This document shows positions 24,711 to 38,519 of a stretch of 64,000 nucleotides of DNA, in pieces. The notes beneath the pieces were generated by a model. It worked only from the letters and a program-made list of their open reading frames with translations, made no database searches and was not told the origin of the DNA. The DNA is from the human T2T-CHM13v2.0 reference genome, Homo sapiens. Position 1 is the stretch's first letter. The number at the start of each line of letters is the position of its first letter. Position numbers and translations under genes: made by a program. The stretch is from assembly GCF_009914755.1 (NCBI RefSeq), contig NC_060926.1, one strand, 5' to 3'.

Positions 24711-26480
24711 TTAACTTCAAAAGAATTACAGAAACAGAGTTACAGAAACAAGTTCTATACATAAGCATATTATCATAATTTATTGTTAAAGAATTAAAAT
24801 TATTGTAGACAATTGATATTTGTGGTCTTTTAAACTTGATATTAAAAATTGAGATCAAAATTTCAGAGAGACTCATTGACAGCATTTTATTTCCATGTTG
24901 GCAATAGTTCTCTTCTCCTAATGGTCATTTGAGGAAACATTGGTTTACCTCTTTCCCCATCTCTCTGTATACACTTAAATTCAAAGTATAAATTGTAGGA
25001 TTACCTTAACATTCAATGTATAGTCAGAAAAGAAACATAATTAAGAAATATAAAAGCTTATCATCTTGAAAAATTAGTTCCTAAATGCCAACTTGGAGAT
25101 TTTAAACTAATTTTAAGGCAAAACAATGTAATACAAATAAATAACAAAAGCTGATATTCTTCAGTATAGAAATGCCTTCATGTTCATAGTCCAATCCTCT
25201 TTAGGCCTTCAGACACAATGCCATTGTGTTTTCTCCCTTTTTTAAATTCATGTGATAATATTGTTTTCTTGCTGACATGTGATCTCTTTTTATAAGGAAA
25301 TAATTCTTTAAGTTCAATAATGAAGCAATTAATAACAGTCTGAAATAATTTAGATGGCATTGGTCCTTTCTTCTGGAAAAACAAACCAATTCATTGGAAT
25401 TCTCTTATTCAAAGTTAAAAGGCTGAAATTACTATTTATGTAATAAAATAATGAGAAATTAACAAGCAATACCTTCACGATGACAGAATTATTATTACTA
25501 TTGCTGCTACTACTGTAATTCTCAAAATTTTTCCTTAGAAACAATTTGGAAGAAAATGACACAGTTAAGGTATCCTGACTTAAAAGTAAGTCAAAAAAAT
25601 AAAAAAAAAAGATGACTATTAAAGTTTTAATCACTCTGAGGAGAGAGAATGGAAAAAACCACATAGAAGAATCAAGCTGAAGATACAAGTTAAATCAAAT
25701 TTTAAAGAACATTGATATGAAGCTGTGACCAGTTTTAGAGGTTTAATTAGTAAGGTAATTACATATAGAGCTACTGATGACACACAGCCTAGAGGTTCTA
25801 TATTAATGAAAATTAACTTTAATTATTTAATTTGTCTAATTAAAAGGTAGTTATGTCACTAGATTTTGAATTACATTAAGCCAAGTACAACACATTACAT
25901 CCTTGTGTCCACCAAAACCCAACACATTCTTAGCCCTGTTATTAACTCAACATAAGTGAGTTGATTTGAAATTTCTAGTTAATTGACAATTTAAGGCATT
26001 AAAGTTGAAAGACTCAACTAATTAAATACATCATTCATTTATTGAATAAACAGTTGCTGAGCATCTGCTCAGGGCTAAATACCATGACAAGTTTGGGGAA
26101 TGCAAAAGTTAATAAGACACTTAAATGCTTTTTGGCTTTTAAAATAACTTATTAGAAACTGTCATTTCTACATTCTAGGTACTCAATAATAATATTGTAA
26201 TTGGATTCTCCAGAATTATCATAATTTTGCCAATAGGTAAATAACATTTTCTACTCAGAGAAATCTGTGTTGGCATATCAAATATGTGAAATTTGGAGAC
26301 AAATAATATAAAAATACATTACTCTCCAAATTCCTAAATTATCAAATTTCCTAGTATAATTATTATTCATTTATTATAAAACCAAATAACCATAGGTTTA
26401 ATCTTTTAAACTTCACTTACCCAAGCTTAAATTTCTACCATAGTTCCCACATTGAGTAAAATTTAGTCAATCATTGAGTC

Positions 26481-26604
26481 TTCTTTTAAGAGGTGGGTGC
26501 TCGTTATGTTGTCCAGGCTGGTCTCTAACTCCTAAGCTCAAGGGATCCCCCCGCCTCAGCCTTCTGAGTAGCTGGGACTAAAGGCATGCACCAACACACA
26601 TGGC
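26481..26604 (-). mobile_element. FLAM (free left Alu monomer)
   Basis: ~125 bp monomer: tatgttgtccaggctggtctctaactcctaagctcaag...gagtagctgggacta.aggc. Confidence 0.8.
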
Positions 26605-28737
26605 AGTCAGGTCTTATTTTGTACCCAGACATTCTCAATGGCTTCCTATGTAGTCCTAATTACAGCTCTGCATTTGCAACTTACTATTCTTTTGCATAAA
26701 TCTTCCAGTTTAAGTTTTTCTTGACTCTGTCTCCAGAAATTACTTTCCTATCACCACACTTTTGAGCTTGTAACCCATGTGTTGCCCTATTATCTTCTTC
26801 CTTTGCCTCCAATGATCTAAATGTTGCCTGGATTCTTGGAAACATTTTCCCCTTTCCTGGACTTCCAAAAAGAAGCTCCTCACCACCCTTTCAATTTTTC
26901 ACTCATCACATCCCTTTTGCAGGATGTCGTTTGCAAAAGACCATATGCAATCTCTATTTAGCATATACAATTTATCATCAATATCTCAAGCTCTCTGTGG
27001 TTAGGACCTATGTCTTGGACTTCTGCACAACATCCTCAGAAGTTACTACTCTGCTATAAATAAAATCTCAATATATTTCATTGAATAAGTTAACAATAGT
27101 TTTTGAGGTGCTGTGGGATTTTAAAGTACATTCTGAACATATGTGCATTGTAAAAGTGTTAATCACATTTTATTGAAAAATTAAAATTATTTGAAAGTTT
27201 CATTTATCAGTAGCATATAGGATAAATCTTTGTTAATCAGAAAAGTCTATTAATCAGATCTAGCATTTTGAATTGTTCCGAAACAATAAAAAATAGAGAT
27301 CTACGGAATTTATCTGAAGTTTTTGCTCAGTTTATTTTCAGTTTATCTTTACTGCAATCCTAAGCAAGAATGCTCTCCTATTCTCTATTATCTTTATAAT
27401 TTATCAATTTATTATTTAAAATGTCCTATTCCTGTATGACATTTTACAAAGCTAAATGTTTTTTCTAAAAAGCCCTATATTCTCCACTAATTAGCTGACA
27501 ATTATATGATTTATCATTTTTAATATGGCTTTCTTTCAATTTATTCAGATAAGCAGGATCTAACATGGGCTTATAAGGTGAACAAACGTAGAAAGTTCTA
27601 AAATATTATGATCTCCCTTCAAGCAGGACTTTATAAATGTGTACAATAAATTATGCTAAGTAAATGAGATAATTATTCATTCAATTTAAGAGAAATATAC
27701 AGGCACAGGCCACATTGTTAGATCTAGATATGTTTAAGGACATCTCTGCTGCTATATTGTTTCTAATTTCAAATGTATTTAAATTGACCCTTTTTTGGTG
27801 GAGAGTGTTGGGAGAAAGGAGAAACTCAAAACATGCCGAGGGGTCACTAAAAGCATATTAAGGAGCTTCAAAATTTTCAAGATGAATGGTATAGAAGGAT
27901 TTCTAAGTTTAGAAAAATTCACTTAGTTTAAGCAGAGATGTCACATTCAATTTCCTCATTCATCCATTGGTCTAAATATATTAAACACTCACTACATTCC
28001 ACATATTAAAATTTAGAGTATTTTAAAGCCCTTGGTATATAATGTTCCTGTTCAGTGAAGAACTCCATTTTCATTTCTAACAGGTCTAGGATATGCTTAT
28101 GTATTTTAATGTAATAAAACTACTTCATTTTCCCTGTAGAGAATTTGAAATATTTAGAGAAAGTGTAAGAAAAAAAATTCTCATAACAAACCCTACTACT
28201 CAGAGACAACTACCTTTAACTCTTTCACATATTTCGCCCTCCATTCTTTTTCCCCTTTATGTGTGTGTATGCATGTGACATAAGTTAGTTACTCTTTTAT
28301 ATATTTTTCATATTTCTTCTTTATATATAATGTGAGTCATTTCACAGCCACTATCTTCACGGAACTTACGATTTTGTGGGAGAGAGAGATGTGAGACCAA
28401 AAGATGAACTAAAATGTAATGTGTAATAATGGTGATTGTACACAGTATAACCCATGCCTACACAAGGGCCCATCCATCAGTCTGGTGGAGTGCAGATATA
28501 CGTTGTTGAGCTGAGGGTTGAGGAGTGTGGAGTACTTGCAGGAGCTAGGTGATGGGGATGTTGAATGGGGAGCGAGTAGTGATATTGGGTATTTAGGGTC
28601 TAAGGCATACCTTGGAGGTGGTAGAAAACTCGCAGTAGAATAGCAGAGTAATGTTTGGGTATAGGAGACAAAGTAGAGGTTGACGGGGCTACCATTTTAT
28701 GCTAAATAGTCAGGTCTTTCCTTTAGGCCAGGGCTCA

Positions 28738-28778
28738 AGAAAATAAGAATAAAATAAAAATAAAATAAAATAAAATAA
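28738..28778. repeat. (AAAAT)n A-rich repeat
   Basis: Read directly. Confidence 0.85.
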
Positions 28779-28813
28779 TCACTCTCACTGGTTTGTTACA
28801 CCTGAAAATCTCA

Positions 28814-29150
28814 GGCCTGATGCAGTGGCTCACTCTTGTAATCCCAGCACTTTGGGAGGCAAAGGTGCGAGGACCACTTGTGGCCAGAAGTTTAAGAGCA
28901 CTCTGGGCAACAAAACAAGATCTTGTCTCTACAAAAGAATAAAAAATAAAATAAAAATTAATTAGCTGGGTGTGGTGGTGCATTCCTGTAGTCCTAGCTA
29001 CATGTAGTGAAGAATTTACACGGTCAACAATCAAAACTTGAGATTGAAGCAGGAGGATCATTTGAGTTCAGGAGTAGAGGCTGCAGTGAGCTATGATTGT
29101 ACCACTATACTCCAACCTAGGTGGCAAAGCAAGACCCTGTCTCTAAAAAA
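28814..29150 (+). mobile_element. AluJ with ~36-bp non-Alu insert in the right arm
   Basis: Dimer with gaggctgcagtgagctatgatt (J-type). Extra sequence at 29002-29037. Degenerate TSD gaaaatctca/gaaaatataa. Confidence 0.9.
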
Positions 29151-29184
29151 GAAAATATAATTTCCCACTCCCCCATATGATGTC

Positions 29185-29420
29185 TAAAAGTTAGATCACA
29201 GACACTGGAACCAAATTACTGACTTAGAATTCTAGTTCCACCATTCAGTAGCTATTGGGTCATGAGCACATTAACCTATCTGTGCCTCAGTTTCTTTATA
29301 ATGAAGTAACCATAATATCTAGCCCTTGAGGCTGTTATAAGGATCAAATGAGATAACATTTATAAAGCCGTAAGAATGGTGACTGGCATATAATAACACT
29401 ATATAAACGGTTGTTAAATA
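29185..29420 (+). mobile_element. MIR element
   Basis: ttaacctatctgtgcctcagtttcttt...gttataaggatcaaatgagataaca...gactggcatataataacact. Confidence 0.75.
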
Positions 29421-30474
29421 AAAGCAATACCCCTGTAATATCAAAACAAACAAATCTTGATAGCCAAAATTCCTGCTACAGAATAGAATTCATGTGCTTT
29501 GGGGTAATTGCTAATGCACTGTATAGTTACTTCTAAAGAATTTCATGATTATAACATTCTATAATGAATCAATATAATAATAGCATTTCTATGGATTAAT
29601 TTAAAAGATTAAGCATCCAAGCTGATTATAATTGAGCTCATTTCCAGTCTGGTTAATTCTGGCAGTTTTGGAGCAGCAGAGTACTTAGGTTCTGAGTTAT
29701 TTTTCATTTTGGGCGGGGTGGTTTATGCTCTGAATTAACCATGAGCTCCACTTTAGAGAACTTGAAAAAATTGACTTTTTAGAATATTTTTGGCAGAATA
29801 TACAAATTGCTTGATAAACTGCAAAAGATTGAGTAATTTTTCAAAACACCCAGACTGCACCTGTTAGATCATTATTATTTCAGAAATTCCATATTGTACA
29901 TTGAAAATAACCTCACAAGTATATTTTCTGTATTTATGGCCAAGAGCTGGTCATTGGAGATTTATGATGCTCTGCAAAAAACAATGCTGACCTGGCAAGT
30001 GCCTCCAGGGAAGGAGTTGCTCAGAAACCAGTGAATGAAATAAATTGCTATTAATTATGGTACTAAGTCTTAACTCCAGCCCACCCCATTGGTTTGTGAC
30101 CCAAATGTTTTTAAATACCTTAATTCAATTTATAATAATGCTGCCCAAGGGCAACCAATTTGCCTCATATGGTTTTCTAGGACACAACGTAGTATTTTGG
30201 CACACTGCACATGCTTAAAAATTATTTGTTAAATTAGTTAAAAATAAATCAAACCAAAGTCATCAACAAAGTCTGTTTCCTATTGAGCCATGAAGTGTTT
30301 TGCAAAGAATGACTCTCTTGTCTTAGTTCAGATGCCATCTTGATTTAGGATTTTCACTTATCCAACTTTTCTTACAAGGAATAGTTAATTCCAGTTATTA
30401 TTTCCCTAGCACCGTTATCTCAGATAGTGTAAACTGAATATCAACACATACATATATCATACTATCAATTCTTT

Positions 30475-30600
30475 GTCAGGTACTTGATACACTTTAGATT
30501 TAATCCTGACAACCACACTGTTTTAAAATGGGCATTTTTCCATCTCTTTTTTTTATAGATGAAAAACCTGAGGCACCAATAGGGGTACTGGTCACACAAG
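30475..30600 (-). mobile_element. MIR fragment
   Basis: atttaatcctgacaaccac...ttttatagatgaaaaacctgaggcac...ggtcacaca. Confidence 0.6.
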
Positions 30601-31399
30601 GAGAAAGGGGAGACTTCAGGATTCTTTTCTTCTAAATTAACTTTGAAATCGTTTTACTGTTAGCATCACGTTTTGAGAATAATTTTTGATAAATGTGGTA
30701 TGCTTTTATCCTAAAAAGTGTATTTTCATCTCCAAATGAAATAGTAGTAATAAAAGTAATAAAACTTTTTATTTCATTTTTTTCTAGCAAGAGATGGTCT
30801 TACTTTTACTTCCAACAGGAGAATTCTTAGTCAAAGAAAAATAATCTTTAACACAATTAACAGAAAAAAGTTGAATCTCATTTCATTTCCTGTGGGGCCC
30901 TCCCAGGCCTACCATTAATACTCATTGCTACCATTTTGCTTTTCTTTGGTCCATTAAGTAGGCTGACAGTCCTTCATATTTTTATATACTACGTTGAGAA
31001 ATGGGAATTCCTGTCAAATGTATCTTACGAATAAGCATTACTATAATAAAATTATTAAATGGGTAGATTTAGATGCTAAAACTGGTAGAACCACAATTAC
31101 AAAGTATGTAAAAAAGCCCCATCAGTTGTCCATACACAAAAGTGGTGTTATATGTTAGTGAATATAAAATATTTTATACTAGAGCATTCTGCTCCCAGGA
31201 GTTGTTTTTGTTGTGTTCTACTTTGTTTTAAAGAGAAAATTCTCTAGTAGTATCAGACTCTCCCCCAGGACAAACTTTCAGTTTGTTTCTTTTGTTGTTT
31301 TGAGAGAACATATTTACAACTTAATTTTCTTAAGAGGGGTACATTTTTTTGACATCACTATATTACAATTTGAATCAAAACTAAGATGTTGACCATATA

Positions 31400-31470
31400 A
31401 CTTCTTCACTGCATGTAAGTATATCAAAACACCATGTTGTATATCTTAAATATAAATAAAAACAAATAAA
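31400..31470 (+). mobile_element. Short L1M (L1MA-like) 3'-terminal fragment
   Basis: gtatatcaaaacaccatgttgtatatcttaaatata followed by an A-rich tail. Confidence 0.5.
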
Positions 31471-33300
31471 ACCTAGTATACCAAATATGGAGATACTAAG
31501 ATTCTACTAATGTACACTCTCCAACCATGAGACAATCCATCTAAAGATGAAAGATGAGTAACATATATTAGTTCCTCAATATATTTTAGCAATTATTATT
31601 ATTATTACTATTCTTATTACTATATATTCAAATCTTTATCCTAAAATCCAGCCATTTTTCTCCAATGCTTTTCTTTTTATGGTTTTCAAGCTTGCTCTTG
31701 GGAAACAAGATAAGATTTCTACCTCATGCCTAACCAATTACAATAGGCCTTAAAAGCTAAGCTCCTCAATTGAGATTTTATTTCTTTTCCCAATTACATT
31801 CTCCCCATGGGATTTTCTTAGAGGTAAGCAGAGACCAACAGAACCAACAGCTTGATATCCAGGCATAAAAGCCCCAGGAATTATGATTTTGTGTTGGCAG
31901 ATGGTCAAACTAAGCTAATGGGTGGCAGAAGCAAATAACACCCCAGTTAATTTTCTAGCTCAATCAATTCTGATCTCATCTCAGGCTTATAGCACATTGC
32001 ACTGTCAGCCCAAATTTAAAAAGACAGTACATTCCCTCACCCTACAGAATGCAGCAATAGATACTACAACCAGAGGACTCAAGTTCTAAGCAGACAGCTT
32101 TGAAAGTGGAAGAGACCCTGTAATTCCATGTTGTTTATTAGACTGACTCACATAAGCCTCACTCCTGACAGGGATTCTGTCATGCTGGGTGCAGGAGTGG
32201 AACACACCTAGCAAGGCTAACTACTCTTTTTCCAGCCCCTCCTGGATTGTAACTATTAAGACGGGCAGGCATGATCCCAAGTAAAGATCTCAAAATTCAA
32301 ACTGTTGAAACTCAGAAGTACATCTTCCTCTTGATGAATATAAAACCCATCCTAGAGGAGAAACTAAGATTTTTTTTTTCTACCTAACTGAAAATATGGC
32401 AAGGGATTCTTTTTTGTTTGGTTTCTTAGAACATTTCCAAAACTCTGTGACACCATTATCATGATGAAAAATTCCACTTAGGAAGTCACAAAAAATACTG
32501 TGGTCTGATGCTGGGGACTATTGAAATATTTAAAAACACAATTATTTACAACTAAAATGTAATTAAGTCCAACAAATTCTTTTTTAATATTTACTATATA
32601 TTTCCCACTGTACTACACACTAGGAAAGCGAAGGTGAGTCAAGCCCAGGGCCTGATGTAAAATAAGGACATTCACCTTTCTGGTTCTCTTTGGATTACAT
32701 GTATATTATAATGCATAATACAATATCAGTATTTGCTCATGAGTTCTCCATTCTTTCAACGTCTTCTTTTCACATCTCATTATGGTAAGAATCTGTAATT
32801 CTAATGAGATCAAATATGCCAGTTTATCACAGTAACTAATATACATTCCAAAATTGCCAACAATCTCCACATTTGCCTACCGTTCGGCTCTTTATTTTTA
32901 AGCAGTAACATGGTAGAAGAGACACATTACTTCTTTATGTTCTTGTAAGAAGATAATTATTCCCATCTACCCCAAAATATTGGTATTATGAATGACTTAG
33001 GGGGTACATATGGGAGACAAATTTAAAACAAAAAATAATCTGATTCTTTTATTGGCCAAAGGAAATCTGTTTGCTTCTGTTAAAATCTTATAATATTTTT
33101 AACAGAGTTCAGTTACTTCTTATTTTCTTCCTCCACATATCCACATTGGTAATTGTTACACTTAATTTTTATTGAACTATTTAAACTTCATTTTAATGTT
33201 TTACTGTCTCTTTCTTCCTGTTAAAACTTTACTAACTCATCTAAAGGATGGTGTCCTAGTTCAATGTTAATGATGTGCTTGATGTAATCTCCCACTCAAT

Positions 33301-33390
33301 ACACACACATCCCCAACACACACATAGACACACACATATACACACACACACATATATATACACACATACACACATACATATCTACACACA
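33301..33390. repeat. Degenerate (CA)/(TA) microsatellite
   Basis: Read directly. Confidence 0.9.
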
Positions 33391-35100
33391 GTTTGCAGTT
33401 TATTTTTTCTATTGATTATTCTTAAAAAGTTAAACAAAGATAGAGAACATCACAAACTACTTTTCCGTTCTAGTCTCAGTGCTTCACAGGCTAGTTAATT
33501 CTAAGGTAGAAAAGATGGTAAGGAGATTAGTTGCAGGGACTAGAAAATTCTACTTTAGCAGCTGAGACTTTTTCTCTGCCTGCTCAAACACTGAACTTTT
33601 TCCACTCCCAGATCAAGTCCAATCACATCTTTTCTGAATCACTGCATTAAAGTGATTCCTTCTTTCTTTGAGTTCTTTATGCTTTAGTCATTTACAATTG
33701 AACACTAAGTTATATACTTTAATTGTTCTTTTGTTGTTTTCCAAATTCATATTTTGCCTCCTGCTAAATCTGAAGGTTTCTTGAAAACAAGCAATATAAT
33801 CACTTGACTATACTACATTAATAGTATTTGAATGGTAATATGCATGTGAAGAGTTAGTTAATACATACTGGTGAACTGCTTCACAATAATATTCTACTCA
33901 TAAAACCATGAGTGTAACTTGTTGCAGGGTTAGCAAGGAGCCAGAGGAGCTTAGCAAAGCCATGCTCTGTGGGAAGAGTACAAAAACACAAAAACGTTAG
34001 AGAATTCTTTTCCTTGGCATCAACTCTTCTGAGATGGAGCCATATAGGCATTCCATAAATGTTAACTGATTGTGATCAACATATTTTACTTCCAAGATTT
34101 CACATCCAACCACCTGCCACTCATCCACCTCTAATGTTAGATTCCAAAGGGACTGCAAGTTCTGTTTTCCAGGTTTGCCTGCTTGCTCCTCTGGATTCTG
34201 CTTTTTAAGGTAGGAGGCAAGTGGCTGTGAGAAGGAACACATACTGCTTTTAAAGAAATCTGGGCAAAACAGTTCAATAAGTGCCTGAAAACGAGGAGAA
34301 TTATAAAGTTACTGAAAATAAGAATTTAAAAGAGGAAAAACTAATGCATTCTAAATTCTACATTACCAGAGCCCACTTTTACTTGCTTCACAGTTTTCTT
34401 CAGTTCCAGGAACCTGCAGGAACCCTCCTGAGGCTGAGTGCCATTTTAAATTTTCCCTGTGAGTAGAAGGCCCTGTGAAGTAGCTTTAGAAGTTTTGGAA
34501 GGTTTACTGGCTTTGGTATTTTGTCAGGCAGTTCTTTTGATCAATTGCTGAGCCTGACACCAGAAGGCCCTCCTCCTCCACCTACACCCTACAGCTCTAC
34601 AACATCTGAAGTCGCCTCCAGTTTCTATTTTGTTTTTGTTTTTTCCTCAAAAGAAACCAGAAACCCATGTGGGCATCCTGTACTGGCTTTTTATAAACTC
34701 TGTAATTCTAGAACCCTGGACATCAGAAAGACTACCACCTCTTTAAAAGTGACTGAGCTATAAGGATTCAATTAAGGATGATGAAGAAGAAATTGCTCAT
34801 TCCTTTGTATGTTTCCCTTATGCCAACCACAGAATACAATAAATAGCATGGCTGACGAGATTGTTCCACAGAACCTTTCATCAGATGTATTTGGGGAAAA
34901 AGCTTATAATTTAAAAATAAAACTCTTCAGAATCACCTCTGCCTGGTAGAGTTTTTCCTTCCCCAGGGATTCTCTACAAGGTAGGTTTTTGCTTCCCCAA
35001 AGATTCTCATGTACAAACAAGCACTTTAACAGTACTATTAATACAACATTTTAACAAAAGGTGGGAGTAGTAAAGATTTGTTTTTTGTTTTTTAGAGCAC

Positions 35101-35483
35101 CATGATGGGTAATTTTTGTTTTATGTGCCAACTTGGCTATGATGACCAGTTGTTTGGTCAAACACTGGTCTAGATGTTGTAAAGGTACCCTGTAGATGTA
35201 ACTGGCATCTAAATCAGTTGACTTTAAGTAGAGCAGATGACCCTACATAGTGTGGCTGTACGTTATCCAATCAGTTGAAAACCTTGAGATCGAAGACAGG
35301 TTTCTCAGAAAGGAGGGATTCTGCTTCTAGACTGCAATATAGAAATTCTGCCCGAGTTTCCAGCTTTCTAAGTAAAGACTGCAACTAACCCTTACCTGAA
35401 TCTCCAGCCTGCCATTTGCCCAACACATTTCTGACTTGCCAGGCCCTACATGAGCCACTTTCTTAAAAATCAAGCAATCTATA
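35101..35483 (+). mobile_element. ERVL LTR, MLT2D-like, apparently lacking its 3' terminus
   Basis: tgatgggtaattt..tatgtgccaacttggct...ccagttgtttggtcaaacactggtctagatgttg...aatcagttgactttaagtagagcagat...ccaatcagttgaaaacctt. Confidence 0.8.
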
Positions 35484-36836
35484 AATACTCATATAGATTG
35501 CTTATTTGCAGTTATTTCTAATTATTTTTTCTCTCTTAAATTAGTGTATATTGCTAGACATTAGTCAAGAGAGTATCATTTCAGGAGTTATGAATAAATA
35601 AAATTTTCTCCCAAATAAATGTTTTAATTTTTCTTCCATCATGCTTTAAATGTATGTGTTAAAAAGTCAAATCCCTTCATTTAATAATCTGTGAGCAGAT
35701 ATGATGATGTAATAGGTAGCACATTAAGATCTAAAGGAAAAGAATAGGGGAGGATAGGAGTTGGGGTGGTGGGGGCAGCAGGTGGTACCTATTTGCCAAG
35801 TTCCTCTTTCTCAGTTTCGCCTGTGGTCTAGTCTGTGAACAGATGAATAAATAATTAGAATTCTCTCTTTCCACCTCTGTTTTTCTTGCTATTCTGAAGT
35901 GCCTGAATATGCCTATAGGTAACTGTGGATCCAAGTACCGGCTATAGGAAAAGAATCTTGTCATGTTGTGTTATGGTCGTAATGCTACAGAAAGTAGCAT
36001 TAAAAGGAGGTGCTGAGGCATGCCCATGGTTGAGACGTATTTGCGGCAGGCTCCGAGTCCTGCCACCCAGTACTCCACACAAACTGAGCTATGGAAGAAA
36101 TAAGTATACATTTTTCAGCACTGAATTAAAGATGCCTCTTTTCCCAGTACTCTATACTAGCAGTAGAAATGAATTCCAGGGATGTGCAGGACAATGACAC
36201 AGACAAATGGTTCTCTGCTGCATTTCTGCAGTCAGATATGGGAACTGCAGAAACATTTGCTTTGAAGATACATAATATCCAATAAGCAAAGAAGCTGGGT
36301 TTTTTCCCTGTGAAGTTATCCCCAAGAGAAAAAAAGATCAGAATTAGAATGCTTTGTAAAAGTATTTAAAACTTTATATGTTGGCACCCAAGAAATGTAG
36401 CTCCACTCACCCAGTATCAGGTTATCTCTTTTGATTTCTTTTCTAACCAACTGAAATAAGGAGTATATGTATTCTGAAAGGCCAAGACAATGTTACATTT
36501 CTTGCTTGTCAAGTTAATTAAACCTCAGAAAATAAAGGTATTTTGTAGAATAGTCATATGTGATCACATATTACATGTCAATCTTCACAATTTATAAGCA
36601 TTAGCATATAAGCTCTATTAACCACTGTGTCTCCCACAGATAGAACAATGCCTATGATACTCACTCATCTTTGTTTTAGGAGTAATCAGTCATTTTTAAA
36701 AGACATGACATCATTTAATTGTCATTATGGTTTCTGAGGTTCTTCATATTCTAAATGAATGTTTACTCCAAATGGCCAACAATTTGCACGAGGTTAACAG
36801 AAGAATCAGGCATTTTGTGTTTTGTCTTGCTTTCAG

Positions 36837-37022
36837 AATAACAGAATTTCCTTCCTAGACATAAATAAATGGAGTTTGACTGTGAACACCAATTATGGAA
36901 CCCAGGTCTATAGAAATACACTGAAAATAATGCTGCAAATCACTAAAGCAAGAGGATAATTCACAACAAACATCAGTATGGGGCTGTACCAAATGGAACC
37001 ATCCAAAGGTTCCCTGCCTCAG
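36837..37022 (+). other. Candidate non-coding exon, 186 nt
   Basis: Acceptor ttttgtgttttgtcttgctttcAG (ends 36836) and donor CAG|GTAACA (37022/37023) in non-repeat sequence. No transcript evidence available. Confidence 0.3.
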
Positions 37023-38008
37023 GTAACAAGCTTTAAGCAATGCTTGTAATAAGCCCTGGGGAACAATTATGACTAGAGAAGACATGAGTAGAGTCAAGGT
37101 GTCTCAACGGTGTCAGGACACAGAGAAGTCAAGAGATATAGACCAGATTTGGCAGCTAATTTTAGATTATTAAGTAGCATCACATTATCAACCATATGAA
37201 TTTATTAAATCAACTTTAAAACTTTATTCAGATGAACTTACCCAGACTTCTCTGAGACAAAGCAAACAGAAAATATTTTCCTAAAAGATGTGCAATGTAA
37301 GAGTCCTCCTCTCTGCTTAAAAGCATAATACGTTAAAATATCAGACTGATATGTGATCTCATCTTAAATATTTCCTGTAAGCTTCATCTTCCTGTTTTCT
37401 TTAGCAATCTATTCCCCTTCTGTCCTTAGAAAGCAAAGGGTATTTGATGCTAATGTACTTTGTTGCAATATATACACATTTCTCCCTTGTTCCAGCTTTC
37501 CTAAAGACATGAAAAATAGCATTGAATCCTGTTTCTGGCATGGTCAATGTTATTCGGCTATAAATTTTCTGTGATTTAGTACATGATTTTGGTTGACAAT
37601 TTCTACTTTTACTATGCAGTATAACTAATTAAACATTAAGAAGCTTTGTTGTCATGCTGTTGATAAAAATGGCACTTGCAAAAATTACTAATGACTAATT
37701 CTATAAGAAAGGACACACAGGGTTTTCTTTCCTACCCACAAGGACTTCTGAATTATGGAAAGTGAGGTCTAGACAAGATCAAACAAGGCTGGAAGAGTGG
37801 AATCAGGGGCTGGACCCTGATTTGAGTGAGGAGGTTTAAATCTATGTGCTTATCAATAGATTTAAATGTTAACCAAATAATAATGTCTCTGAAATTGTAT
37901 ATAATTAAGAATACATGAAATTTACATTAGAGGGTAATGCCTTTTAATATAAAATTATTATTCAAATGCTGTAGTAAATTCCTGAATTTACTACTCCTGT
38001 CCCAGGAG

Positions 38009-38182
38009 TTAATGGAGTTTGCCAGCTGAGAACATACTGTTTTTTTAAAAAAATATAATACAAACTTTTTTTTCTATAAACGCAAAAATAGCAATTGAAG
38101 GGGGAGGGAGCGAAAATTCTGTCCTATGTTCAGTGTCTGGAAGCAAAACATATGCTCAAATTTTTGTTCTTTGCAAATAACT
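38009..38182 (+). repeat. Dispersed direct duplication, copy 1 (174 bp)
   Basis: Aligns end to end with 40930-41105. Last 94 bp identical. Confidence 0.97.
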
Positions 38183-38519
38183 ACTTTTCAATAAAACAAC
38201 CACTAAAAGGATATATTGTCAAAACAAAACACTGTTTTCATGAAAAATGACTTAAAAAGTTAAAGTAGAATTTATGAATTTCTAAAGACTGAATTAGGTT
38301 ACATTGCCTAACATTTCAAAATCAACCTCCTAACATTTAAGTAGATTTTCAGTTACACATATACTTTAAATAAAATGTGGTGGTATTTTATCACTAACAT
38401 CACACATGGACAAACCACATTTAAAACCATCGTTACATTTGTTTTTCCAACATTTCCTCTGGTTTAATTCAAAAAGTATATAATAACTTCATTTATGAAA
38501 TTCCTACTATTTTTCAGGT

